Assembly (NCBI GenBank): GCA_965644315.1
Contig: CBFFRQ010000066.1
Span: 124,001 to 188,000 of the forward strand
Source of the DNA: Caecitellus pseudoparvulus
Lineage: Eukaryota > Protista > Bigyra: Bicosoecida
DNA: 64,000 bases
Direction of reading: 5' to 3'
Shown piece after piece: positions 35,001-46,100 of this stretch (positions are counted from its first letter, which is position 1; each line of letters starts with the position of its first letter). Both the position numbers and the translations under genes were made by a program. The notes beneath the pieces are model-generated. The model saw only the letters and a program-made list of their open reading frames with translations. It had not been told where the DNA came from and did not search any database.

Positions 35001-38000
35001 CTTGCCCTGCTGGACACAGTGTCCCTGCTGGGCACAGGGACGCGGCTTCCCGCGCAGTTGACGTCGTGTTCAAATCACAAAAGCGGCCCGCGGTGCACGT
35101 TGAACATGAGGTGGCACCCACCGCAGAGTGGCGTCCTACTCCGCACGGAGAGGGGGCTTCATTCCCTGTGCCGGCGCATACGTACCCTGGGGGGCACGCA
35201 ATGCAGTCACCAACCACAGCGTTGCCAGTCGAGTTCAGGTATGTGCCAGCAGGGCAAGGAGTCGTTGACGTTGCTGGTGATGGGCAATAATGCCCCTTGG
35301 GACACAGCGTGCACTGTTCTGCGTGGTCCAGCCCAGTCGAGGCTGAGTACCTCCCGCCAGGGCAGGCAACCTGAGTAGCAGTGGATGAGCCGCGGGGACA
35401 GTAGTAGCCAACTGAACACAGGCCGCTGGCAGTTGCAAGTCCTCCTGCACACCAGTGTCCTGGGGGGCAGTCAGTGCACTCAGCTTGGCTCTGCAGGTTG
35501 TCTTCCTGGCCAAAAGTGCCAGGTGCGCATGGACAGAGCTGCCCAGCAGCACATGCGCCACCGACGGCGGCGGTGTTGCCAGTCTGCACGCTGCCAGGGC
35601 AGTAATACCCGGGCAGACACGGATATGGAGGGTGGTCTCCACCCGTGTTGATGTCACAGGTGAAGCCAGGGGGGCAGTTAAGGCATGCACCTTGTGAGGT
35701 CGCGTCCAATGCGTCAGTGTAGGTGCCAGCTGCGCACCGATTGGCAGGGTCGTAGCGATGAGCGTTGCCTGCCGGGCAAAAATGCCCAGCGACACACCTC
35801 ACGGCGAGCCAAGACAGGCCTGGCACATCACATGAGTGTCCAGCTGGGCACTCAGTGCAGTCCCCGACAACGGTGAGGCCAACCGATGCTCCATATCTGC
35901 CAACAGGGCAGGGCTCAGGTGCCATGAGCCGATTCTCCCCTGTGGCGTCGCAGTAATGCCCTAGGGGACACTCAAAACAGTCCGTGGATGCAGTGAGGGC
36001 AATTCGCTTGCCAGAGTACCTGCCCGCGGGGCAATCTTGGGGAGCGCCCACTGCCAGGGTACAATACTTGCCTTCTGGGCAAGGAAAACCGATGTCTTTG
36101 GATGCTTCTGGGCAATAACGGCCTGCTGGGCACTGAGTACAGTCACCTAGCACTGTGCCACCCTTGGCACGTCGATAGCGCCCAGCAGGGCACATGACAG
36201 GCTCAGATGTGCTCGCGGGGCAGTAGTGCCCCGCAGGGCATTCCCTACGTGAGTCAGCTTCCCTGGTATGGAAGGGGCAGTACAAGCCAGCCTCGCAAGG
36301 TGTGCAGCCGCTTGCCAGCGTTGCTTGTCCTGTTGCGGCCCCATAGCGCCCAGCTGGGCAAGGGACAGACGCAGCACCAGCTGGGCAGTACCAACCAATG
36401 GGACAGTCGGCCGTGGCGACCCCAGCGTCAGATGTGCGTGGGGGGCAAATGTCCCCTGCCAGGCAGCTGGACCCTGCGTCGTTACCGGTCCCAGCACACA
36501 CCTCTCCAGGGGGGCACGCCATCTGTCGAATGTGGTCATCACAGAAGTACCCAGCAGGGCAAGGGGTGCAGGCCTCCTCTCCAAAGCCAGACACCTGACC
36601 ATCAGGGCAGGGATTGGCTTGCGTGTTTGGGTTTGTTGCATCGTTGCAAAAATATCCAGCCTCGCACGGATGGCAGTCCATGTCACCCGCACCACTCACG
36701 TACCCCGCCGCACAAGCAGTGGTCTGTGTTGGGTCGGTGACGCTCTCACACGAGAAGCCAGCGGGGCACTGCGTGCAGGAGGTCGCGCCAGCTGCTGCCC
36801 TTTCACCATAAGGGCAGGGAGTGGGAGGCGCAGAAGAGCTTGCACAGAAATGCCCTGCTGGGCAAGTGCTGCAAAATGTAGACCGCGCGAGGGCGTACTC
36901 TCCTGAGCCACACGCAATGCTCACTGCTTGGTCTGTGAATGGGCACATATTTCCCGCCGCGCACTCCGTGCAAGTGGTGGCACTGCCAGTGGAATACGTG
37001 CCAGCTGGGCAAGGAATGATGCTGCGGTCACTTCCTGCCGTATCAGCACACATGTACCCAGCTGGGCAGGCAGTGCAGGCAGTTGACGTGCCTGCGAGGG
37101 AGTATGTCCCTGGAGCACAGGTAGTAATGCTTCCTGGGTTGGAAGTGGACGGGCACACACTTCCGGCTGGACAGAGCGTGCACTCAGTGGAGCCTGCCAA
37201 GGCATATGTGCCAGCCGGGCATGCGACTGGCGTCGCTGTACCTGCATCAGTGCAAACACTGCCGGCAGGACACACGTCGCAGTCATCGTCACCTGCTGCG
37301 GAGTACTCGCCAGGAGGGCATGGGACAGGGGGTGAGCTGGCTGAGGGGCACTCGTGCCCTGCAGGGCAAGGGAGGCATGATGTGGATCCCTCCGGCGCAT
37401 ACTCTCCTGTCGAACACGCAGACCCCGCAGCAGTGTTGCTCGGGCATTCAAAGCCAGCTGGGCAGATGGTGCAGGATGCCTGGCCTGCTGTCGCGTAAGT
37501 GCCTGGCGGGCAAGTCACGGGTTCACGGGCAGTGCTTGGGCAGGCAGTGCCTGCCAAGCAATTCGTACAAGCAGTGGCGCCCGGCAAGGAGTAGCGGCCA
37601 CTGGCACAAGCCGGCCCCAAAGCGGAAGTTGAAGGACACTCCCTTCCGGCTGGACACTCGGTGCATGAAGTGCGATCAGCACCATCCGCATAAAATCCAG
37701 CCAAGCATGCTACTTCCCCACCGGCTGGGTCAGGGCATGCGTTGCCTGCGGTGCACGACGTGCAAGCTGTCGCGCTCGCTGCCGAATACCGGCCCGCGGC
37801 ACACGGCACCGGAGGCGCAGTGGCCGACGCGCATGCAGATCCAGCCGGGCAAGGTTCACAGGAACTTGAGCCAGGGGGTTTCCATTCACCAGCATTGCAC
37901 GCTGTTGTGGCTGCAGAGGCTGCCCCGCACTCCTCCCCTGCCGGGCAGGGCTCGCAGGTTGCCCGGGAGGCTGCCACCCGCGTCCCGGAGGGGCAGGCAG

Positions 38001-38905
38001 TGCAAGAAGTTGAGCCTGGCGGGGAATACTCGCCAGCACCACATGCCACGGGGGCACTGGCGGGGGCTGAGCACTGACTCCCCGCGGGGCACACTGTGCA
38101 GGCTGTCGCCCCGCCTGCAGTGTCATACGTGCCTGAAGGGCAAGCGAGGCAAGTTGTCAAGCCGCCTGTGGAGTAGCGTCCAGCCGGACAGGACGTTGCA
38201 GTGGTAGCAGTGCATGAGCTGCCTGCTGGGCAAAGGGTGCAACTCGCTGCACCTCCTGTTGAGAAGGTGCCAGCGGCGCAAGCCGTGCAAGAAGTGGCAC
38301 CTGCAGAGCTGTACTCCCCCGCAGGGCACGCCGAGGGAGATGCAGACTGTGAAGGACACTCAGACCCGGCTGGGCAGAGAGAGCACGTTCCACCTGCGGG
38401 AGGGGGGGGGGAGATCTCACTTGAAAGGGCGCGCTTCGCACATCCCGGTCGGTGTTGGGACTTGGCGTGGAAACAGGAGCACATGGACGTTACACGCGCT
38501 TCACTCCCCACAAGCTAATGCAGGGATTCAATCAGGCTCTAACTGGGTCTCCCTTGTCATACAAGTGAAGAAAACCCAACAAAACAACCAGAAGGAGTGC
38601 CAGCACAGCGCAACAATACTTTGCTGGGATGGTGCGGAACTGTCGCACAGCGACCTCTCCACGCACCTGGTGCGTCGTTGTAGCTTCCAGAGACGCAAGC
38701 AACTGGAGTAGTGCTTGTACCCACACACTCATTACCGGGAGTAGATGTGCACTGAGACAGTGCCGTTCTGCGGGAAAGAGGTTGGCCGGAGATGGCCGTG
38801 TGGGAGCTCGGCGGCTGAAGGAGCAGCGGGTGCGCACTTCACTCACGTCAGTGCCAGAGCCACACATGCGACTTGCAGGACTACCTGACGCCCTGGTAGC
38901 ACCAT
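20047..38905 (-). CDS. Giant (~6,168 aa) type-I membrane protein with GCC2/GCC3 (ephrin-receptor-like/TNFR-like) Cys repeats and a long cytoplasmic coiled coil; exons 38847-38905, 38667-38767, 20047-38393
   Basis: Splicing (introns 38768-38846 and 38394-38666, both GT..CAG) gives signal peptide MVLPGRQVVLQVACVALALTTALS. About 3,300 aa of CPAG(H/Y/F)(Y/F)C repeats follow, then one TM (LIAALLVGLFMAAAIFMGCVYYW, ~27376-27445) and about 2,400 aa of Ala/Glu/Arg-rich cytoplasmic tail. Confidence 0.9.
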
Positions 38906-39624
38906 TGCAGTCTTCAGGTTGGCAGCCTCCTTGGCTCTGACAAGGACAAGCTGCAAGGCAGCACTGCCGACGGGCCTGATCGACGAAACGCTTGCCGCAG
39001 TGGCGCAGGAGCCAGTGCCCGGGCTGCAAGGAAAGGCGCCAGAGAGTGGGAACAATATCAAAAAACACTAGATATGTGAAAATGAGACGCGTTGTTGATT
39101 TCGTATCGAGCTTGGCAAATGTGGCTTGGCCAAACTGTTGAATTTGCCCAGTGTCTGCGTTTGTGAAGGCTCCAGTGCTCGACTGTTGACTTGCTGCGGC
39201 ACAGAGCAGCAAACAAAGGAAATTGCAGTACCAGCTCGAGTCTCAGATCGGGTCAGTGTGGGGAGCACATGGGGACGTTCGTGGTCATTGTGTTTAAGTC
39301 CGAAGGAGGCATGTCGAGCCTGACCCGCCTCGCCAGCGCATACACCCGCAATGCGGCAGCTTGCTCGAACTTACACCGCAATTTATGCCACACACGTGCT
39401 GTCCGAATGCAGTGCACTTGATTGAAGATGTTTGGCTGCCTGTGTCCCAACAGCAGGGCATGTCCGGGTGCAGAGAGACCAGAAGAAACTCATGCTCGAC
39501 AGTGCTCCCGCCCACTCAAACTTCTCACTCGCACACCCGACTTCCGATCCCACCTAAAGGCCCTGTGCATGAACCCTCCTTTCTTCCGCACTTTCTCTTG
39601 AGGTCGCCCCTCTCACGCGGTGCC

Positions 39625-42014
39625 ATGGCGAGTCGCCGCACAACGTTGGGGCCCTTGCCCAGCAACCAACGGCGCAGCATGGGGTTCGGGTCAAGCAAGG
39701 CAGGCAGGGCGAGCATGGGAGCCGCTGGTCGAGCGAGTATGCAGCCAAAGAAGTCGCGGCATTCCATGGCGCCATCTGTCTCGCGGAGGAGCACTGGCAT
39801 TTCCAGGTGTGTGTGGCGCGGAAATTGGAGGCAGCCGTTATGGCTTCGAGCACCTCCCAGGAGCTCCTGCTGCGCCTGTCTGCGCCAAGCATGCTTGGAG
39901 AGGCAGTCCACCGCTCTAAATGTGTATTTCAGTTTCTCTTTACCGCCTCTTGCCCCCCTCGCTTCCTTCCACAAGCAGGCGCTCAAGCATGTACGGTGGC
40001 GCAAAAGCACGCAAAGAAGACCCGCGCGAAATCCAAACAAAGGAGTTCCAGCAGGACGGCGTCCAGAGGCTCATCACTTACCTTATGGAACATGAGTATC
40101 CGGGCGCCATTTCACCCAAGATGCTGAAGAGCCCGACGGGGTCGGACTTTGCGAAGATCGTCACCTTCTTGATTCAAGGGATTGACCCCAGCTTCGAGAT
40201 GACAACTCGCCTGAATGACGCCGTCCCTGCAGTTTTTAGTGCCCTGAAGTAAGCTATGGTGACATGCAGCTCACACATTCACGCATTGGCTCGAGAACCA
40301 GTGGCATGATGCAGCTCGCCCAGCCTGCCGGGAGCCACAGGTGTTGGCATACTACACAGACCGCCCTCGCTTGCTTCACAGGTACCCATTCCGCATTACA
40401 AGTGCCGTTCTAGCTCGTGTTGGCGCAAAGGAGGCATGGCCTGCCCTACTCGCAAGCTTGACGTGGCTTATTGAGTTGCTGGAGTACGACGCTGCGACCA
40501 TGAGCGACGCGCAGTCTGCTGGCGAGGAGGCGGAGTTCTTCTTTGGGTACCTGCAGAATGCCTACACTCACTTCTTGAGAGCAGATGACGACGCAGTGGA
40601 GGCCCTGGACGGTCAGGTTTCAGAAAGTTTTGGCGAACGCTTTGCAGCGCTGGAGTCAGAGCTGTCTGACATGGAGGCTGGCAATGCGGCCTTGAAGGCG
40701 AAGCTGCAGCAACTGCGCGACGCTGAGTCGCCCATCCCAGCACTCGAGGCTCGCAAAGCTGACTATGACAGCGACATTTCAAAGTTCAAGGAGCTTATTG
40801 AGCAGTTGACCGCCCGTCATGATGCGGCCCTCGCCAAAGAGGCAGAGCGGCGAGCGGAGCTTGCGTCCGCGACAGAGCGCGAAGGCGAACTCAAGGCCGA
40901 GCTGCAAGCTGTCAAGGCAGCTGTTGCTTCACAAGAACTGTCGCAAGCAGATGTGGAGGCGCTCAAAGCGAAGAAGGCCCGCCTTAAGGAAGCTCAAGCT
41001 GCCGCTGAGTCTGCCCGGGCAAGCGTGCAGGGAGAGGTGTACGCCGCTGAGAGTCAGCTCAGCTCCGCCCTCACAGACCTTGAAAGCTGCGTCGGGTCTT
41101 ATCATGACAAGGCGGGGAGCCTCGGCTTGCTCGCACCAGATGACCACAACGCAGGGGGCATGGACTTTGAGCTGCGCGTGAACGCTTCTGCGCTAGGCTG
41201 TGATGAGGAGGACCTGTCGGCGTCGTTCGGCCCTGCCTCGGCGCGCGTCACGGGGGGAGTCGTGGGGTTATTGGGTGCAGACGTGAAAGGCAGCTTGCTC
41301 CCGGGACTGCACAAGCTTAAGGCAGAGGTTGCAGAGCGAGTTCACCGGGACCGCACCCTGCTGCTCTCTCTGCAAGATGCCGTCGAGGAGGCCACTGAAG
41401 CGACGGAAGAATGGGTACAAGCAAAAACTGCACTGCAAAAGCGTGTCACAGGGCTGGAGGAAAGCCTCGCAAGCGAAAAGGCAGCAGCCTTGGCTTCCAT
41501 GGAGACGTACGCCGATGACATGGCAGATTTGGAGAGCATGCTGGCTGAGGCGCGACAGTACAGGGACAGCATGGTGAAGCTTGCCGCCGAGGTCTCCCCA
41601 GCGGCCTTGGAGCGCACGAAGCGCGAAGTTGACCGCGCCATCGCAGCAATGGCTGCTGAGAAAGAAAGCGTCGTTTCTTCGCTGGTAGACACGGCACAGT
41701 CCCTGGTGCAGCACAAGCAGCACGTGCAAGCGAGAGTGCAGCATGTGCAAGGCCTGTGGACCCGCAAGCTTGCTGACGTGCGTGCCAGCATTGACTCTGC
41801 AGGGTCCACCGAGCCTGGGAGGGGCTCTAAGGTGTCGACTTCTGCTGCTCCTGGAAGTCCAGTCCCAGTGGCCCCCCCCGCAGCCGCAGCCACACCAGTC
41901 CAGGCTCCCATCACCCCACAACAGGCTGCGTCCGCTGCCCGCCGTGCCTCTCTGCGCAGCGCAAAGCGCACGCCTGCAGGAACCCCTGCACTTGCTTCTC
42001 CCCCAATGTTTTGA
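39625..42014 (+). CDS. NDC80: Kinetochore protein NDC80/HEC1; introns 39807-39978 and 40249-40381
   Basis: Basic N-tail, then EDPREI..KEFQ....RLITYL, LKSPT..DF..IVTFL...IDP, LKYPF.I....L..VG...WP.LL..LTWL.EL (CH domain), FFFGYL..AY..FL...DD, and a long coiled coil. Confidence 0.93.
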
Positions 42015-42194
42015 TGGAACGGCCTGGGTGCGTCTCCCGTCCTTTGGCAGGACTGCAGGGGCTCTGGGTGTCTACAATGCAGCGCTCTCTTTCGCGTCCA
42101 AAGCGCGAAGCCAAATCTCATTCACACACGGAAGCCGTCAGCACTTGAAAAGCGAATATGTTGTTTGTAGCTGCATGGGTCCAACTTAGTTCTC

Positions 42195-43172
42195 ATGGAG
42201 GGGATGCAGAAGGACAACGCCAACCCTCAGGTCTTTGCTTCCACCGTGAGTTTCTGTGAAACGCCGATGCAACCCCGCCACCCTGACGGCCCATCCCGTG
42301 GCGGCGCAGATTCCTCAACGCGATGATGACGTCGCTCTCCTTGATGGGAAGAATGTCAGGGAAGCCCTCGATGCACTGGAGGTCTTTGGTGAGGCGGCTA
42401 GCAAGTGGAGCTGAGAGAGCAAAGGTGCCAGCACGAACTCCTTTCGCCACGCTTGCCCAGAGCTGGTCAGGCACATCAATGACCCTGAGCACCCATTGAC
42501 GCTGGAGCAGCTGCATGTCGTGACAGTGCGTTCTTCAGCCACAAGCGCCGGGGCTGTGAATTGCACTTGCAGTCGTCCGCCCTCACAATGTCGCAGGTGG
42601 ACCAGATCCGGGTGGCTGGCAACTCAGTGGTGGTGGAGTACACGCCGACCATCCCACACTGCAGTATGGCGACTCTCATCGGTTTGTGCATCCGGGTCAA
42701 GCTCCTGCGCTCGCTTCCACGCCGCTACAAGGTGCGGGTTGCCATTTCTGAGGGTTCCCATTCGCAAGAGGAAGCGGTGAACAAGCAACTGAACGACAAA
42801 GAGAGGGTTGCTGCTGCTATGGAAAACAAGCACTTGTTGGACGTCGTGAACAAGTGCTTACAAGGCAGCGATCGTCTCACAGGGCCGCCCCTGTCTGCAT
42901 CGCTCATTGCGAGGCTGCTGGGGCCACTAGCAGAGGGCACAGCGCCCCCCTCCTCAAGCCCTAAGTCAAGTTCAGGGTCAGGCGAGGTGCCGCATCCGCT
43001 CACAGCTGCAGCTTCTCCTGGTCTCCAAGCTATTGCAGCGGCTGCAAGGGCCCCTGCACCACACTCTCTGATGGAGCCTCAAAGGCCTACACCTGCCGCG
43101 GGTGAGGATGTCTCGGCATGGTTCGAGAAGCAAGCGGGGCTGCCCCCGCTTGTGATTGATGTGCTCGCATAG
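42195..43172 (+). CDS. CIAO2B: Cytosolic Fe-S assembly component 2B (MIP18/FAM96B/CIA2B), about 3 introns, with a C-terminal extension
   Basis: [62 protein letters not shown] and [22 protein letters not shown]. Confidence 0.92.
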
Positions 43173-46100
43173 GCATCTGCCTGCTCTGCGTCGGGTGCCG
43201 GCCGGGCGAACACCATCATGACATCACGAGGTGTTAGCCCTGGAACTTGAGAGCAGGATTCGCTGACTCCAGCGCGCCGGTGGACGGCCACTTCAACTGT
43301 ACCCTGTGCGAGGAAGCGGTGCACATACGTAGTGCGGGTTTGCCCACTGCGGTGCACACGACCGATGGCTTGCCGCTCCACACTGGCATCCACGTTTGGC
43401 TCCAAAAATATCACGTGCTGCGCCTCCGTGATATTCAGCCCGTTGTTGCCAATGCGGGTCGGTAGCAGCAGTGCTCTGATGGTGGGGTCCTGCTGGAACT
43501 GCTGCAGCACGACCGGCAACTCGCGCGAGCTGTGTACGACAGCATGAGCAAGCCCGTTCATCTTCAAGCCTGTGCTCAGGATATGCAAGAGCTTGTCCCA
43601 CTGTGAAAACACCAAACACTTGGGCTGGCCACCCTCAGGCAGCGGCGCGGCGGCAATCTTCAGCATGCTGGCAACCACAGCCGAAAGCTTGCTCCCCAGC
43701 ATACTTGCCCCTGAAATTGAATCCATCAGGCGATGCGCGTCGAATGCAGACCTGGAGTAGGAGAGCACATGAGCAGTGGCTGCCTCCTCTTGCAATAACG
43801 GTGTGGCAGTACCATTGTGGTACTTCACAGGCTGACATGAGTCCCTTCCGGGGGGCGATGCTTGGCTCAGCTCAACGCTTGGGGCTACTGCCTGTGGTTT
43901 GTGCACCGCTTGGGGGTGTTGGCTTTCCGGTGATTCCTTCTGCACGCGCCTGCGCCTTCTTCCCTCGAGAACGTGTGCCGATACAGAAACAACTACAGGC
44001 TGCCGTCGTGTAAAGGGCAATTTACACAATGGGCATTGTGACCTACCTCGGCCCATGCGCAGAGACGTCCAGCAGCACTCCCGACAAAGCCTGTGTGAGC
44101 AAGGCAGCACCGCATTCATCTTTTCCTCCAATGTCTCCAGGCAAATAGGGCACTCAGCTCCCTCTGGATCCTCGCGCTGCACCCCGCAGACTTCTGCTTG
44201 CAGTCTCAGTGTGTGTTGCAGGCGGTACTTGAACCTGCGCATGTCATTGGAAGCAGTAGCAGCTGTGTCTAAGAAGTGCAGCTGACGTGGCGCAAGGTCC
44301 CACACCCAAAGCTGGTTTGCCGGCAAGTCGACAGCAACTGCCTCAGCCATGTCACTGTCAGGTACGACTGGCAGCTCGCAGGCGTGGGGACGCTGCTCAT
44401 CCGCACATCGGACAATCCCTTCGACAACTGGCATGGAAGACGGAAGGATCAAGTGCTCGGGAACTTCTTGCGGCTGGATCACAGTGGCAGCCCCTTGAGC
44501 GACGTCCGGATTCGGCACACGCGCAGGCGCGACAAGCGATAGCCGGCCCTGGAACATGCGAAACTCATCGACAACGGAGAGAAAATCTTTCTGTTTCCGC
44601 CAAAAGTCTCCCAACGCTTCAGACTCTGCTCGGAAGGTGTCGAGAATCCTTGCCAGTGTCGGAGAACGAGCATCCCTTCGTCGCCCCGTGAAATCCTGGT
44701 GCGTATCAGGGAAGGACGACACGCCAAGGCACAGGCGGCGCACACAGCGCACTAAAGCAGTCTCAACGCGGCGATCTTGATCAAGGGTCGCCATGGAGAG
44801 CAAGCTCACTCCCTGGTCAGCGCGGCGAGCTTGCTTGCTTGGCCTCGCGCTGGTGAGAAACTGGAGCATGGCCTCTCCCCCTTCGGCCCTCACACCGCGC
44901 GTGGAACTTCCGGCCCAAGTGGCCCCTTCACCCTTTTTGTGTCGCAGCCTGGAGTCAACTCTCTCAAAGAAACACCGTTCATACCTCATGATCGTCTCCT
45001 TGAACTCGCACATGCCACATGGCGAGCCTTGTCCGTCCACCCTGCAGACTCGGCAGTCAGCGCTTCTCTCCAGCTCTTCCGGCCCAGGGCATGCAAGCCG
45101 CTTGCAAGTTAGAATTGCTTGAGACCTTATGAAAGCAAGGTCTTGTAGTGCTGTGTGCATCTGCTTCTGCAGGCTCTGTAAGTTTGTCACTGCCCACTTC
45201 AAACGACGTAGGGCATCGGGTCGTGTTCTGCTTCTGCCCTGGCGCTGATGCTCAGAGTCCTCCTCGTCTACTCCTTCGAAGTGTTGCACGACTGAAAGAA
45301 TCGGGAGGATTTTTCGTTGTATCTGAGGGGCAGCACCAGCAGCCGCCATTCCTTGGGGACTGCACAAGTCAAGTACCTGGCCAGTTGGCAAACGTAGGAA
45401 CGCGCCCAGCAGCGCATCAGCTGCATGCGTCAGCGATGGCGCCAAGGATTCTGCCAGTCTCTTGACTCCACTCGCAGACGTCCAGATCGACCGTTCGGCC
45501 GCTGCACCAGGCAAGGGTACATCGCCAGGTGCTAGCGTTTGAGGTGCCACGCCCAGCAGAGCAAGTACTCCCAGCTGATGAGCTTGCAAAGGGAGCCCAT
45601 GCCGAACACTCTGCTTAGGAAGCACGGACTCACAAAGTGAGCTGCCTGGTGCTCCCATCGAAGACTTTGCATCCTCAACGAAAGCCTGCAGCAAGCGGGC
45701 CCTCTCCGCTTGAGGTGGGATCGGACTGGCAGAGGCAAGTGCAGCAACAGAGTGAAGAGCGAGCCAGGCGCTGCCCAGCCAGGCCTCAAAACTATGGCAA
45801 ACAGCCTGCCACGCCTGTTGAGAGTGCGCTTCGCAGCATGAGCTGATGATACATCCCAGCTGCTCCGGCGACTGCACGTCGCAAACAGCCGATGCAGCTT
45901 GCGGGTAGGCCTCAGCCAGGGCTGCCAGATTTGAAGCGGCGTGGACGCGCTGTCCAGTGTCCAGGCGCACGCCAAACTCCTCTTCAAGGGCATCAGCATC
46001 GCGAAGCACCGAGCTGTACAGCGAGCAGGCTTGCTCGTACCCTCCAAGAAGGCACGCGATCCCGGCCTGCCCATTGGCAGCGTATGCAGCTTCTCTCTGT

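Noticed and set aside
28500-38390. Cys-repeat region as a DNA tandem repeat or CRISPR-like array
   Set aside because: Repetition is at the protein level with diverged codons, with no identical DNA repeats or spacers, and the context is eukaryotic.
38394-38511. ORF-track N-terminus MGSEARVTSM... of the 6154-aa ORF
   Set aside because: It starts at a non-ATG codon inside an inferred intron ending in a C-tract plus CAG. Splicing to upstream exons yields a proper ATG and signal peptide.
20261-38518. Numerous plus-strand and alternate-frame ORFs over the giant gene, and similarly over other CDSs
   Set aside because: These are shadow ORFs expected from GC-rich, Ala/Cys/Pro-rich coding DNA, with no independent motifs.
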